Positions 10,144-20,508 of a DNA stretch of 64,000 nucleotides are shown piece by piece. A model generated the notes under the pieces. That model made no database searches. It was not told the origin of the DNA and saw only the letters and a program-made list of their open reading frames with translations. This DNA is from an uncultured Acidobacteriota bacterium. GTDB taxonomy: Bacteria > Acidobacteriota > UBA6911 > RPQK01 > CBDAPI01. The stretch covers positions 6,572-70,571 of the forward strand of contig CAZMGM010000003.1 of NCBI GenBank assembly GCA_964565865.1, in the 5' to 3' direction. Position 1 is the stretch's first letter, and each line of letters begins with the position of its first letter. The position numbers were made by a program, and so were the translations under genes.

Positions 10144-10220
10144 TGGTGGGCGATACTGGACTCGAACCAGTGACCTCCGCCGTGTGAAGACGGCGCTCTA
10201 ACCAGCTGAGCTAATCGCCC
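10144..10220 (-). tRNA. tRNA-Val (anticodon CAC), with encoded CCA
   Basis: Minus-strand sequence GGGCGATTAGCTCAGCTGGTTAGAGCGCCGTCTTCACACGGCGGAGGTCACTGGTTCGAGTCCAGTATCGCCCACCA folds as a cloverleaf: 7-bp acceptor, D-arm GCTC/GAGC, anticodon stem CCGTC/GGCGG, loop TTCACAC, T-loop TTCGAGT. Confidence 0.9.
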
Positions 10221-10265
10221 ATCGAAAGGATCCGACATTCTAGAGAACGGCCGAAGTTGTGTCAA

Positions 10266-11255
10266 ATGAGTGAAAAACTGGACCTGGTGATAATAGGGGC
10301 AGGGGCTACCGGCCTTGCATGTGGAATTGAAGCGAAGCGTCGCAATCTCAAGTTCTGTATTTATGACAAGGGTACGGTTGTGAATTCCATTTACCGGTTC
10401 CCCGTCAATATGCAGTTCTTCACCACGGCGGATCTCCTAGAAATCGGGGGCCTTCCGTTGACGTCGCCGTCCCAAAAGCCGCGTCGTGATGAGGTGCTCA
10501 AGTACTACCGCCGCGTTGCACAGCACTATGATCTCCCCGTTCGAGACTATGAAAAGGTCTCGAGTGTTACGGGATCCGACGGGGATTTTCAGATCTCAAG
10601 TACAGACCGGTTTGAAGAAAACCACATAGTGAACTCCTGCAAGGTGATTGTCGCGACAGGCTATTATGACAATCCCAATATGATGAGCATTCCGGGGGAG
10701 GAACTGGACAAGGTGCAACACTATTATAGTGAGGCTCATCCATTCTTTGGAAAGCGGGTTGCAGTCATTGGAGGTAAGAACTCCTCCGTTGAGACGGCCC
10801 TGGACCTGTACAGGAACCACGTTGACGTAACCCTGGTTTATCGGGGTCCGGCACTGGGTAGGCACATCAAGTACTGGATTCTTCCGGACATTCAGAACCG
10901 GATTCGCAAAGGTGAGATCCGGGCATTTCTGTCCACGGAGGTCATCGAAATCCGCCCTCGGGAAATCGTGCTCGAGACGTCGGAGGGAATCACGACGCTT
11001 CCCAACGATTTCGTTCTTGCCATGACGGGCTATCATCCGGAGGTTAGCTTCCTCAAAAGTATGGGCATTGAGTTTGAGACTGAGACACTGATTCCAAAGC
11101 ACGACCCCGAAACCCTGGAGACCAATGTAAAGGGGCTCTACGTTGCCGGAGCCATCGTGGCTGGTCGAATGACCAACCGAATTTTCATTGAGAACGGCCG
11201 GTTTCACGGAGAACAGATCTTCCGACACTGGCCACAGCGCCAGCAGATCGGATAA
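10266..11255 (+). CDS. FAD/NAD(P)-dependent pyridine nucleotide-disulfide oxidoreductase, YpdA/thioredoxin-reductase-like
   Basis: N-terminal FAD dinucleotide motif VIIGAGATGLACG, a second Rossmann motif VAVIGGKNSS, and C-terminal GLYVAGA. Confidence 0.7.
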   Translation: MSEKLDLVIIGAGATGLACGIEAKRRNLKFCIYDKGTVVNSIYRFPVNMQFFTTADLLEIGGLPLTSPSQKPRRDEVLKYYRRVAQHYDLPVRDYEKVSSVTGSDGDFQISSTDRFEENHIVNSCKVIVATGYYDNPNMMSIPGEELDKVQHYYSEAHPFFGKRVAVIGGKNSSVETALDLYRNHVDVTLVYRGPALGRHIKYWILPDIQNRIRKGEIRAFLSTEVIEIRPREIVLETSEGITTLPNDFVLAMTGYHPEVSFLKSMGIEFETETLIPKHDPETLETNVKGLYVAGAIVAGRMTNRIFIENGRFHGEQIFRHWPQRQQIG

Positions 11256-11270
11256 AAGCCGGTCGAAACG

Positions 11271-12593
11271 ATGTTTAGAATTGCCATCGTGGGGCGTCCC
11301 AACGTGGGCAAGTCGGCCCTTTTCAACCGGCTGACCAGGAGCCGCAAAGCCATCGTTGGCAATGAGCCCGGCATTACACGCGACCGGGTTTACGGCAGGG
11401 CCCGTCTGGACGACCGGGAGGCCGAGATCGTCGACACAGGGGGAATCGTGCCTGATGACCAGGATGTCATCCCGGAGCACGTTTTAAGTCAGGCTAGGAC
11501 CGCCATCCGGGAATCAGACCTGGTCCTCCTGGTTGTAGATGGGCGGGGCGGTCCAACCCACCTCGACGTTTCTCTCGTCAAGCTCCTCAGGCAGTTGGGT
11601 CAGAGGTTTTACCTGGTCGTCAACAAGCTGGATGTTCCGAAAGTGGATGACCTGATCCACTCGTTTCACGAATTGGGCGTGGAATCGCTTTATGGCGTCT
11701 CTGCCGAGCATGGTCGTGGGCTCGACCGTCTGGCCGAGGATCTGATCCCGCTGATCCCCGGGGGTAGTACGGAAGAGGTTTCCGTGGAGACGCGAGTTGC
11801 GATCATCGGCCGCCCCAACATGGGTAAGTCCTCCCTTCTGAATCGGCTGGCGGGACAGGAGCGGTCGATCGTGACCGAGATCCCAGGGACGACGCGTGAT
11901 TCAATCGACACTCGGATTTTTCACGAGGGAAGAACGTACCGGCTCATCGACACGGCGGGGATCCGACAAAAGGGGAGGACCAGGGGGCTGGTTGAAAAAA
12001 TGAGTATGGTGATGGCCCGAAAGAGTATCGGGCGCTGTGATGTGGCCCTGCTCATGCTAGATGCTCAGGAGGGTGCCACCAGGCTGGACGCAACGATTGG
12101 TGGCTACGCACAGGATGAGGGGAAGTCCCTGATCGTTGTTATCAACAAATGGGATCTGATTGACAAAGACACTCATACAGCCCATGAGCTGGAGGAGAAG
12201 TTTCGGTTTCGCATGCGCTTTCTGGACTATGCTCCTATGGTTTTTGTGTCCGCCAAGACGGGCCAGCGAGTTTTCAAGCTCCTGGACTACGTTGATCGAG
12301 CCGGCCGGGCTCGACGGTTTCGAATACCGACGGCGGAGCTGAATCGACTGGTCGAGCGCCGGATTCAGTCACGGATTCCCTCGGCCGGAAGAGAGCGACA
12401 TCCGTTGTTGTATGTTTCTCAGGTAGCCACCGCTCCTCCCACCTTCGTTCTCTTCACCCGGACCAGGAAGAGGCTCCATTTCTCCATCGAGCGATTCTTC
12501 GTGAATCAGCTCAGAGAGGCGTATGATTTCTACGCCACGCCCGTCCGCGTCTTTCAGCGGATACGGGCCACGATCAGGTCCCGTTCGTCCTGA
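11271..12593 (+). CDS. der: Ribosome-biogenesis GTPase Der (EngA), tandem GTPase domains
   Basis: Two G-domains with GRPNVGKS and GRPNMGKS P-loops, plus a KH-like C-terminus. Confidence 0.95.
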   Translation: MFRIAIVGRPNVGKSALFNRLTRSRKAIVGNEPGITRDRVYGRARLDDREAEIVDTGGIVPDDQDVIPEHVLSQARTAIRESDLVLLVVDGRGGPTHLDVSLVKLLRQLGQRFYLVVNKLDVPKVDDLIHSFHELGVESLYGVSAEHGRGLDRLAEDLIPLIPGGSTEEVSVETRVAIIGRPNMGKSSLLNRLAGQERSIVTEIPGTTRDSIDTRIFHEGRTYRLIDTAGIRQKGRTRGLVEKMSMVMARKSIGRCDVALLMLDAQEGATRLDATIGGYAQDEGKSLIVVINKWDLIDKDTHTAHELEEKFRFRMRFLDYAPMVFVSAKTGQRVFKLLDYVDRAGRARRFRIPTAELNRLVERRIQSRIPSAGRERHPLLYVSQVATAPPTFVLFTRTRKRLHFSIERFFVNQLREAYDFYATPVRVFQRIRATIRSRSS

Positions 12594-12646
12594 CGATGAT
12601 CTCCAGAGCGCAACCGCCCACGGGCCTTTCACGATGGTACGAAAGG

Positions 12647-12682
12647 CTGCTTGACAGCTCTCTAGTCCCTGCCTATCATTCA
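12647..12682 (+). promoter_or_regulatory. Putative sigma70 promoter for the HU/IHF gene
   Basis: TTGACA, 17 nt spacer, then TATCAT, about 15 nt upstream of the TTG start at 12699. Confidence 0.4.
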
Positions 12683-12698
12683 TTTTCGAGGCGATTCA

Positions 12699-12962
12699 TT
12701 GATCAAAGCGGATCTGGCTAGGGCTGTCTACGAAACACACGGCGGAATCTCCCAGAAGGAAGCAAGGGAGATTGTTGACGTGATCATAACTCATATAAAA
12801 AACGCCCTGATCAGCGGGCAAAACGTAAAGCTCTCCGGCTTTGGATCGATCAATTTGATCCATCGAAGGGCGCGGTCAGGCCGGAACCCGCAGACGGGCC
12901 ATCGAATTCGCCTTAAGCCAAGCACATACGTCACCTTCCGACCCTCGAGAAAAGTGGTCTGA
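12699..12962 (+). CDS. HU/IHF-family DNA-binding protein
   Basis: Bacterial histone-like fold: …[13 protein letters not shown]…[21 protein letters not shown]…. Confidence 0.85.
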   Translation: MIKADLARAVYETHGGISQKEAREIVDVIITHIKNALISGQNVKLSGFGSINLIHRRARSGRNPQTGHRIRLKPSTYVTFRPSRKVV

Positions 12963-12970
12963 GTGCCCAT

Positions 12971-13333
12971 ATGCCTCGAACGGGACAAAAACTTTTTCAC
13001 AAAATCGGAGAAGTCTGCGAGATCTGTGGCGTGGAACCACATGTTCTCCGTTACTGGGAATCCGAGTTTCCCACCCTTTCGCCGGGCAAGAACCGCGCCG
13101 GACAGAGGATCTACAGGGCCCGGGATCTGGAGCTGATCAGCACGATCAGCCACCTTCTGTACGAAGAAGGCTTCACGATAGCAGGGGCCAGAAAGAAGCT
13201 CACTGACCAGGCCGGGGCCCGTGGGCTCCCCTTGTTCAAGCAACCAGATCTATCCTCTCGCAAGGTCTACTTACGGATTAGAAAAGAACTCGAATCATTG
13301 GCAGACGATCTCCGCAAAAAGGTTCTGTCCTAG
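12971..13333 (+). CDS. MerR-family transcriptional regulator
   Basis: N-terminal HTH_MerR: [22 protein letters not shown]…[13 protein letters not shown]. Confidence 0.8.
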   Translation: MPRTGQKLFHKIGEVCEICGVEPHVLRYWESEFPTLSPGKNRAGQRIYRARDLELISTISHLLYEEGFTIAGARKKLTDQAGARGLPLFKQPDLSSRKVYLRIRKELESLADDLRKKVLS

Positions 13334-13480
13334 CAGCCCTTATCTAGACTCCTTCTTTCGAGGGTCCTGGTTGAATGCTTCGACTTCAGTTGATGTTGGC
13401 CCGGGCACTTTAGATGCCGTCTCAGTCTAAGGGCGGAGTCCATTTCATCATGGTGAAAGGCCTACGGGGTGGGCTGGACC

Positions 13481-14083
13481 TCATTCGACGAGAATGGTTC
13501 TTCGCCCTTCAACCTTGATACGGTTCTGGCATACCAGGCGAAGGGCCTCGGGGTAGATTTCGTGCTCGATCTCCAGGATCCGGGCAGAGAGTGTCTCTTC
13601 ATCATCGTCGTCCATCACCGGGACGGCCCGCTGGATGATGATGGGGCCATGATCCAGTTCTTCATCTACAAAGTGGACTGTGCAGCCAGAGACTTTGGCG
13701 CCCCACGCAATGGCCTGTTGCTGAGCGTGCAGACCGGGAAAAGAAGGCAGCAGGGAGGGATGAATGTTGAGAATACCGGTCGGGAAACTTTGCACAAAGA
13801 AGGGACTCAACAGCCTCATGAATCCGGCCAGGCAAACAATCTGCGTGCCGGCCTCTTGAAGTCTGCACACCACCTCCCTGTCGAATTCCTCTCTCGATTT
13901 TCCCAGGGGCTGGATGCACCAGTTTGCGTAACCCTTGTCCCGTGCCCATTCGAGACCGGGGGCCTCTGAAAGGTCGGAGACGACGGCGACGATGCGGGCC
14001 GGGATCTTGCCTTGCTCAATAGCGGCTGCGAGAGCTATGAAATTGGAACCCCTTCCGCTCAGGAGAACAGCAACGTTTTTCAT
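13481..14083 (-). CDS. purN: Phosphoribosylglycinamide formyltransferase
   Basis: Formyl_trans_N motifs VLLSGRGSN, NIHPSLLP and the conserved HFVDEELDHGPII. Confidence 0.9.
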   Translation of the reverse strand: MKNVAVLLSGRGSNFIALAAAIEQGKIPARIVAVVSDLSEAPGLEWARDKGYANWCIQPLGKSREEFDREVVCRLQEAGTQIVCLAGFMRLLSPFFVQSFPTGILNIHPSLLPSFPGLHAQQQAIAWGAKVSGCTVHFVDEELDHGPIIIQRAVPVMDDDDEETLSARILEIEHEIYPEALRLVCQNRIKVEGRRTILVE

Positions 14084-15150
14084 TGCAACTGAACTTCCTG
14101 GTTGCCCTCCCTGATCTCGCCAACCACAAAATATGGTTCATTCCGGTTTTGAAGGTATCCCTGAACCCGATCGAAGCGTTGAGGAGAAACGACCAGAATG
14201 ATTCCCAATCCCATATTGAAGGTTCGATACATCTCCTGCTGAGCAATACCACCCAGGCTACGAATTAACCGAAAAATAGGTAGGACCTCCCAGCTTCCTT
14301 CTTCTACAATTGCGTCTAGGTGAGAGGGCAGGATTCGATCAAGATTGCCGGGAATACCTCCGCCCGTGACGTGCGCAACCGCATGGAGATCATCTGCCTG
14401 AATCAGCTCTCGGAGAACGGGAAGATAGTTACGATGTGGTTCCAGCAGTTCCTCACCTAGAGATCTGCCTACATCCTCGATATGTGCACCGGGTGGGATT
14501 CCCTTCACCTCAAAAAAGAGCTTTCTAACCAGCGAGAAGCCGTTCGTGTGCAGGCCAGACGAGGGAAGTCCGAGCAAAAGGTCTCCCTTTACAACACGCT
14601 CTGGACCCAGAAGCTTGGCCTGGTCGGCCACCCCCACTACGAAGCCCGCCAGATCATACTCCCCATCGGAATAAAAATCCGGCATTTCGGCGGTCTCCCC
14701 TCCCAACAAGGCACAATGGGACTCGCGGCAGGCACGTGCCAGACCGCTCACAACGGCCTCTATCACACCCGGGTCCAGACGTCCGGAAGCAATGTAGTCC
14801 ATGAAGAACAGCGGCAGGGCGCCCTGGACAAGGATATCGTTAACGCAGTGGGAGACCAGATCGATGCCGACTGTTTCGTGGACACCCGTCATGAAGGCTA
14901 TTTTCAGCTTGGTACCGACTCCATCAACGCTCGATACGAGGACCGGGATTTGCAGGCTCGAAAAATCAGGCCGGAACAATGCCCCGAAGAGACCTATGTC
15001 ACCTATGACCTCCGGGGTAAAGGTGTCGCGTGCCAGATTCTTGATACGCTCCTTGGCCTGGTTGGCCCGCTGGATATCCACACCCGCGCCCGCGTACGTG
15101 AGGCCAGCCCCGGCATCAGCTTTTCTGGAGCGTTGCCTTTGTTCGCTCAT
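14080..15150 (-). CDS. purM: Phosphoribosylformylglycinamidine cyclo-ligase (AIR synthetase)
   Basis: AIRS N- and C-domain signatures (GIGLFGALF…DGVGTK…HITGGG). 4-nt overlap with purN. Confidence 0.9.
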   Translation of the reverse strand: MSEQRQRSRKADAGAGLTYAGAGVDIQRANQAKERIKNLARDTFTPEVIGDIGLFGALFRPDFSSLQIPVLVSSVDGVGTKLKIAFMTGVHETVGIDLVSHCVNDILVQGALPLFFMDYIASGRLDPGVIEAVVSGLARACRESHCALLGGETAEMPDFYSDGEYDLAGFVVGVADQAKLLGPERVVKGDLLLGLPSSGLHTNGFSLVRKLFFEVKGIPPGAHIEDVGRSLGEELLEPHRNYLPVLRELIQADDLHAVAHVTGGGIPGNLDRILPSHLDAIVEEGSWEVLPIFRLIRSLGGIAQQEMYRTFNMGLGIILVVSPQRFDRVQGYLQNRNEPYFVVGEIREGNQEVQLQ

Positions 15151-15172
15151 AGAGAGCCACCATGGGCTGGGA

Positions 15173-16600
15173 CTAAGATCTCTCCAACTCGAAGAGTACT
15201 TTCTGCGATGTCCGAGGCGTGCGGGGAATGGGGTAGTCCCGATCGAAACAGGCTGAGCAAAAACCGTTTCCGGCTCGCACTGCGTCCTTCATGCCCTCCA
15301 CGCTCAGGTATGCGAGGCTATCGGCCTGGATGTGTTTCCGGATCTCTTCCACACTCATCTGATTGGCTATCAGCTCGGAATAGGTAGGTGTGTCAATGCC
15401 GTAATGACAGGGAGAGATAGTGGGTGGGGAGGCGACTCGCATGTGTACTTCGGCAGCTCCGGAGCTGCGCAGCATCTCGACAATCTTCTTGCTGGTCGTA
15501 CCCCTTACGATTGAATCGTCGATTACGATCAAGCGCTGATTTTTCAGCAGCTCACGAATGGGATTCAGTTTGACCTTGACTCCGAAATGACGGATGGATC
15601 GCTTTGGTTCGATGAAGGTTCGACCCACGTAGTGGTTTCGGATCAAACCAAACTGAAAGGGAATACCGGAGGCACTGGCGAACCCGAGGGCCGCAGTTAC
15701 ACCCGAGTCCGGTACCGGAAGCACGAAATCCGCCTCTTCCGGGTGTTCCAAAGCGAGTTGCTGACCCATACGGTAGCGGCTGGCATGAACACTTTTTTCG
15801 AACACCTTCGAGTCTGGTCGGGCAAAGTAGACGTGCTCGAAGATGCAGTGCGCGGTTCGCTGCGGCTCAACGATGGTCCATGAAGCCAGGTGTTCCCCCT
15901 GCATCTGGACGGCCTCGCCCGGATTGACGTCCCGGACATATTTCGCCCCGATCAGATCAAAGGCACAGGTTTCCGATGCGACAACCCAGCTGTCATTCAG
16001 TTTGCCTAGGCAGAGAGGGCGGACGCCAAACGGATCCCTAGCCGCCCAGATGCCCTCCGGGCTGGCCAGCACCAGAGAAAAGGCTCCCGCTACTCTCCCG
16101 AAGACCTCTCGAATAGCTTCTCCTATGTCCCGGTGCCGGGAACGTGCCAGAAGATGAAGCATGACCTCGCTGTCGGTGGTAGACCGAAAAATTGCTCCCT
16201 GGGCCTCGAGTTCCAAGCGGATCTGTTCCGCCTGCAGGAGATTGCCGTTGTGTCCCAGGGCCATCTGACCTCGCACCGAGTCGGTCACAATGGGCTGGGC
16301 ATTGGCTAGATTGCTCTCCCCGGTAGTCGAGTAGCGGACGTGCCCGATTGCGGCTGTCCCTGCGAGACCGTTCAACTCTTTGTCGCTAAATACGTCCGCC
16401 ACGTATCCCATTCCGTGGCGCTGATGGAGTTGACCATGGTTCAGAGTAACAATGCCCGCCGATTCCTGGCCTCTGTGCTGCAGCGCATAGAGCCCCAGAT
16501 ACGTCATCCTCGCCGCTTCAGGATGTTGTGAAATGGCGAAGACACCACATTCGTCGTGAAACTTGTCGTCAAGGAACGCTGTACTCCATCCAGACTTCAA
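15173..16600 (-). CDS. purF: Amidophosphoribosyltransferase
   Basis: N-terminal nucleophile CGVFAI, glutamine-amidotransferase class II domain and a PRTase domain. Confidence 0.9.
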   Translation of the reverse strand: MKSGWSTAFLDDKFHDECGVFAISQHPEAARMTYLGLYALQHRGQESAGIVTLNHGQLHQRHGMGYVADVFSDKELNGLAGTAAIGHVRYSTTGESNLANAQPIVTDSVRGQMALGHNGNLLQAEQIRLELEAQGAIFRSTTDSEVMLHLLARSRHRDIGEAIREVFGRVAGAFSLVLASPEGIWAARDPFGVRPLCLGKLNDSWVVASETCAFDLIGAKYVRDVNPGEAVQMQGEHLASWTIVEPQRTAHCIFEHVYFARPDSKVFEKSVHASRYRMGQQLALEHPEEADFVLPVPDSGVTAALGFASASGIPFQFGLIRNHYVGRTFIEPKRSIRHFGVKVKLNPIRELLKNQRLIVIDDSIVRGTTSKKIVEMLRSSGAAEVHMRVASPPTISPCHYGIDTPTYSELIANQMSVEEIRKHIQADSLAYLSVEGMKDAVRAGNGFCSACFDRDYPIPRTPRTSQKVLFELERS

Positions 16601-18882
16601 TTGTGAAAAGCCTCCTCAAAAGAAGACTCCCAGGCGTGCTTCAACTCGTGGACCGAAACGTTGATCAGGTTCCGTTGGTTCAAGGTGATCTCGAAATCGT
16701 TTTCTCCCACCACTCCGATCCGGGTTACTGGAACTCCTCTAAATTGTTGCAAAAAATGAGTTTCGTCATCCTTGTGAATTGAAACGACAGCTCTGGATGA
16801 AGTTTCGCTGAGTAGAAAGTGGTCAGGTCGTAGCCTCCCGGATTCAAATTCCGCCTTCAGGCCCAGAGATCCATACAGGCACGATTCCACAAGGCCAAAA
16901 AGTAGACCTCCCTCGGAGAGATCGTGGGCCGAACGGATGAGTCCCGCCCGAATAGCAGATAGAAGTCTCTCCTGTAGTCTTTTTTCCACCCGCATGTCCA
17001 GACTTGGTATGGGGCCCTCGAGGGGAGTCCCAAGCAGCTGCAAGTAGACGCTGCCGCCAAGTTCGGCTCGCGTTTCTCCCAGCACAAACACTATGTGGCC
17101 TGCTTTCTGGAAGCTCGAAGGACAGACATTCTCCAGTCTTTCGACTTTTCCAATCATGCCGATCACCGGTGTGGGTAGAATCCCCGTCCCGTCCGTTTCA
17201 TTATAGAAGCTTACGTTCCCTCCTGTAATCGGAGTGCCAAAGAACGTGCAAGCTTGTCCCATGCCTGCAACGGCCTCCGCAAACTGCCACATCACTTCCG
17301 GATTTTCCGGATTGGCGAAGTTCAGACAGTTTGTGGCAGCCAGGGGTAGAGCTCCCGAACAGACCAGATTTCGGCAACTCTCCGCGACTGCGTGCTGAGC
17401 TCCCCGCCGTGGATCCAGGTAACAGAAGAAGGGATTCCCGTCCAGGCTCATAGCTAGAGCCCCACTCCCCTGCTTCAGCCTGAGCACGGCAGCATCGCTG
17501 CCGGGGCCCACCACCGTGTTGGTCTGTACCTGATAGTCATACTGCCGATACACCCAAAGGCGGCTGCACAGTTGAGATGAGACCGCCATGTTTGTGAGCA
17601 GCTTATTGTAGTCTTCAGGTTCGGAAAACGTCCGCTCTCTCCAGTCGGCCAGGGTTTCCAGATAGGCCGGGCGCCTGGTGGGTCGTGCATAGGCCGGAGC
17701 TTCATCGGTAAGGGCCCGGTTGGGGATTTCGGCTACCTTGGTCCCCCGGTCATAAACCACCAGGTTTCCGTGATCCTTCACTTCGCCAATCACAACGGCA
17801 TCGAGGTCCCATTTAGAAAAGATTTTCTTCACGTTCTCCTCGCTGCCTTTTTGGCACACGAGGAGCATCCTTTCCTGGGATTCCGAAAGCATGAGCTCGT
17901 ATGGACTCATTCCCGGTTCACGCTGAGGGACTCGGTCCAGATGGATTTCGACCCCTCGATCTGCCCGTCCTCCCATTTCACAGGAAGAGCAGGTCAAACC
18001 GGCTCCTCCCATGTCCTGAATCCCGACGATCATACCGGAGTGCATAGCTTCCAGGCAGGCTTCCAGGAGGAGCTTTTGCAGGAACGGGTCCCCCACCTGC
18101 ACAGTGGGTCGCTTAGAGTCTTCGCCCTCCTCGAATTGCTCGGAGGCCATGGTCACTCCGTGGATTCCATCCCGTCCTGTCTTTGCACCCACATAGATTA
18201 CGGGATTGCCGACACCCGAAGCTCTTGCGTAAAAAATGCTTTCCCTGGGAGCAACCCCGAGGCAGTACACGTTGACGAGTGGGTTGCTGCCGTAGTGTTC
18301 TTCGAAAATTACTTCTCCGCCAACCGTCGGAATGCCCATACAGTTCCCGTAGCCCCCGACCCCTGCGACGACTCCTTCCATGATGTACTGATTGCGGGTC
18401 CGGGCAAGCGGACCAAAGTGCAGGGCGTTCATGACAGCGATGGGCCGGGCACCCATGGTGAAGACGTCGCGAATGATCCCACCTACTCCCGTGGCCGCTC
18501 CCTGGTAGGGTTCGATAAAGGATGGATGGTTGTGTGACTCGATCTTGAAGACAGCCGTCTGGCCGTCCCCAATATCCACGACGCCGGCGTTTTCCCCAGG
18601 TCCCTGGATCACCTGGGCGCCTTCGATTGGAAGCTTCTTGAGGTGAGTCCGTGAGCTTTTGTAGCTGCAGTGCTCGGACCACATCACGGAGAATATGCCG
18701 AGCTCCGTGAGATTGGGAGTACGACCCAGGCTCCCGCAAATTTCCTCAAACTCTTCCGGGGTCAGGCCATGGCTGGCAACGAGCTCGGACGTGATTTTCA
18801 CGTTTCCGTTGTTATGCAAGTGAGTACTAGCTCCGGACCTCTCTGAGAGATCCGACAATGGAAGCGAAAAGCCTGAGTCCAT
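16597..18882 (-). CDS. purL: Phosphoribosylformylglycinamidine synthase II (large subunit)
   Basis: 761 aa with a duplicated AIRS-like architecture. 4-nt overlap with purF. The longest ORF overlaps purQ by 56 nt, so the true start may lie downstream. Confidence 0.9.
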   Translation of the reverse strand: MDSGFSLPLSDLSERSGASTHLHNNGNVKITSELVASHGLTPEEFEEICGSLGRTPNLTELGIFSVMWSEHCSYKSSRTHLKKLPIEGAQVIQGPGENAGVVDIGDGQTAVFKIESHNHPSFIEPYQGAATGVGGIIRDVFTMGARPIAVMNALHFGPLARTRNQYIMEGVVAGVGGYGNCMGIPTVGGEVIFEEHYGSNPLVNVYCLGVAPRESIFYARASGVGNPVIYVGAKTGRDGIHGVTMASEQFEEGEDSKRPTVQVGDPFLQKLLLEACLEAMHSGMIVGIQDMGGAGLTCSSCEMGGRADRGVEIHLDRVPQREPGMSPYELMLSESQERMLLVCQKGSEENVKKIFSKWDLDAVVIGEVKDHGNLVVYDRGTKVAEIPNRALTDEAPAYARPTRRPAYLETLADWRERTFSEPEDYNKLLTNMAVSSQLCSRLWVYRQYDYQVQTNTVVGPGSDAAVLRLKQGSGALAMSLDGNPFFCYLDPRRGAQHAVAESCRNLVCSGALPLAATNCLNFANPENPEVMWQFAEAVAGMGQACTFFGTPITGGNVSFYNETDGTGILPTPVIGMIGKVERLENVCPSSFQKAGHIVFVLGETRAELGGSVYLQLLGTPLEGPIPSLDMRVEKRLQERLLSAIRAGLIRSAHDLSEGGLLFGLVESCLYGSLGLKAEFESGRLRPDHFLLSETSSRAVVSIHKDDETHFLQQFRGVPVTRIGVVGENDFEITLNQRNLINVSVHELKHAWESSFEEAFHN

Positions 18883-19528
18883 CGGCCGACCCCAGAAGAG
18901 CCTCCGAGGCCCGTTCCGGGTGTGGCATCATGCCCAGGACATTACCTCCCGAATTGACGATCCCGGCGATGTTATTAAGGGAACCGTTGGGGTTGGCTTG
19001 TGGCGTTACCCTCCCGTCCCTATCGACATAACGAAAGATAACCTGGCCGTCTGCCTCCAGTGCATCCAGCTCAGCCGGCGGAAGGAAAAAGCTGCCATCG
19101 TTATGAGCGATCGGAATCTGGAGGCGTTCCCCCTCGCTTAGGCCAGAAGTAAAGGGGGTGTTCGCCTGTTCAGTACGAAGAAACACGGGTTGACAGAGAA
19201 ACTTCAGCCTGGCATTTCTGAGCAGAGCTCCGGGCAACAGACCCGCTTCCTGCAGGATCTGGAAACCGTTGCAGATGCCCAGGACCAGACCGCCCCGGTC
19301 TGCATGTTTCTTGACACTTTCCATGATCGGGGAAAACTTAGCGATGGCGCCGCTACGCAGGTAATCACCGTAGGAAAATCCCCCGGGAAGGATGATGATA
19401 TCCACATCCCGCAGGTTCAGATCCTGATGCCAGAGGAAAACCACCTCCCCTTCAGCGACATGCTTGATCACGAAATATGTGTCATGATCACAATTCGAGC
19501 CCGGAAAGACGACCACACCAAATTTCAC
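18827..19528 (-). CDS. purQ: Phosphoribosylformylglycinamidine synthase I (glutaminase subunit)
   Basis: Class I glutamine amidotransferase with the catalytic nucleophile in GICNGFQ. Confidence 0.9.
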   Translation of the reverse strand: MKFGVVVFPGSNCDHDTYFVIKHVAEGEVVFLWHQDLNLRDVDIIILPGGFSYGDYLRSGAIAKFSPIMESVKKHADRGGLVLGICNGFQILQEAGLLPGALLRNARLKFLCQPVFLRTEQANTPFTSGLSEGERLQIPIAHNDGSFFLPPAELDALEADGQVIFRYVDRDGRVTPQANPNGSLNNIAGIVNSGGNVLGMMPHPERASEALLGSADGLRLFASIVGSLREVRS

Positions 19529-19767
19529 GATATTTGCCGGATCTCAAAATCTTCAATAATGGGGTTTGAGAGTACGTCCGCGGCAATCTGCTCGCTGAGT
19601 CGGGTGACTACAGCCTCGTCTTCGTCGTCGATCTCAAGCTCGAAGTAACGGCCCTGGCGAACCTGGGATACTTCTTCATGCCCCAGTTTCTTGAGCGAGC
19701 GCTGGATCGCCTGACCCTGTGGATCTAGCACTTCTTGTTTCAGCTTGACAACGATCTGGACCTTCAT
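19525..19767 (-). CDS. purS: Phosphoribosylformylglycinamidine synthase subunit PurS
   Basis: About 80-aa PurS fold, [29 protein letters not shown]…; start at ATG 19767. Confidence 0.85.
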   Translation of the reverse strand: MKVQIVVKLKQEVLDPQGQAIQRSLKKLGHEEVSQVRQGRYFELEIDDEDEAVVTRLSEQIAADVLSNPIIEDFEIRQIS

Positions 19768-19957
19768 GAGAAATGCAGCCCCTCCTGTCGCTTTCGCGAA
19801 CGCGGTCATTCTAGCAGTCCATGGTGATAGTCGCTAGCGGGCGCAAACCCTCCTCGCCGATGCGCTTCGACGTGGTCTGCGTCGGTTCGCCTTGCATCTG
19901 GGACCACGGCGCCCGTAGCGCGACCCTCGGGACTTTCACCACGGGCTGCTGACACTA
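19768..19957 (-). promoter_or_regulatory. Structured ~190-nt leader upstream of purS; candidate cis-regulatory RNA of undetermined class
   Basis: GC-rich non-coding spacer between the BMC-P stop and the purS ATG. It has long-range complementary segments (CGGGCGC…GCGCCCG; CGUGGUC…GACCACG). The only ORF in it (19806..20051, minus) is low-complexity. Confidence 0.3.
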
Positions 19958-20233
19958 TTAGGTGTCGAGCAGATCCACCTGATCCACTACTCCCACGACC
20001 GCCGCGTCCACCGGTGTGTAAAACTCCCCCAGGACGTTCATGGCCGCCCATCCATCGAGGGTGCAGAGCACTCGGTCGCCCACGCCGGAGTCGGCTCCAT
20101 CGATGGCAAGGACCTGTTCGCCACGCTCCTCTCCTTTGGGAGTAAGAGGCTGAACGAGAAGAAGTTTCTGTCCCTCGAAACAGGAATCCTTCTTAGTAGA
20201 AAAAAGCTGATCGACTACTCTTCCGATGATCAT
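19958..20233 (-). CDS. BMC vertex protein (BMC-P, EutN/CcmL family), paralog 3
   Basis: 91 aa with the PF03319-like pattern MIIGRVVDQLFSTKKD…GQKLLLVQP…VLAIDGADSGVGDRVL…VVGVVDQVDL. 4-nt overlap with the upstream paralog. Confidence 0.85.
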   Translation of the reverse strand: MIIGRVVDQLFSTKKDSCFEGQKLLLVQPLTPKGEERGEQVLAIDGADSGVGDRVLCTLDGWAAMNVLGEFYTPVDAAVVGVVDQVDLLDT

Positions 20234-20508
20234 GTCGGGGAGCCCGGAAAGTTGGCCCTATCCAAAATTCCGACAATCGAGCAGTCGGATGGCACACGAT
20301 CCGGGTACCAGGGGAAGCTTCCCTCTTTCCCGGTTACGTAAAAAACAAGTTCCCCTGGTCCTGCCCCCACCGAGTCAAGGGCTACGCGGATGGGTCCCAC
20401 GGGATGACCTGTACGGTCGATCGGCCTGACCAGGAGGATTTTGTGGCCGGTCAGTGACGGATCCTTGATGGTAGTGACAACCGTTCCGACGATTTCGCCC
20501 AGGTTCAT
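20230..20508 (-). CDS. BMC vertex protein (BMC-P, EutN/CcmL family), paralog 2
   Basis: 92 aa, MNLGEIVGTVVTTIKDPSLTGHKILLVRP…ALDSVGAGPGELV…CSIVGILD. 4-nt overlaps on both sides. Confidence 0.85.
   Translation of the reverse strand: MNLGEIVGTVVTTIKDPSLTGHKILLVRPIDRTGHPVGPIRVALDSVGAGPGELVFYVTGKEGSFPWYPDRVPSDCSIVGILDRANFPGSPT

Noticed and set aside
13469-15387. Long plus-strand ORFs (13469..13969, 14482..15387, 14801..15256) antisense to purN and purM
   Set aside because: They lie entirely within well-supported minus-strand pur genes. Their translations are low-complexity Arg/Gly/Pro-rich, typical of GC-rich antisense frames.
19768-19957. ZTP (pfl) or purine riboswitch assignment for the purS leader
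   Set aside because: By eye the leader lacks the GGGUCGUGACUGGCG / CCGCCUGGGCA ZTP hallmarks and the purine-aptamer core. It is kept only as a candidate structured RNA of unknown class.
19806-20051. 81-aa minus-strand ORF (MGGHERPGG…) spanning the purS leader and the BMC-P3 3' end
   Set aside because: Gly/Arg-rich low complexity. It overlaps the structured leader and a confidently called BMC-P gene in another frame.
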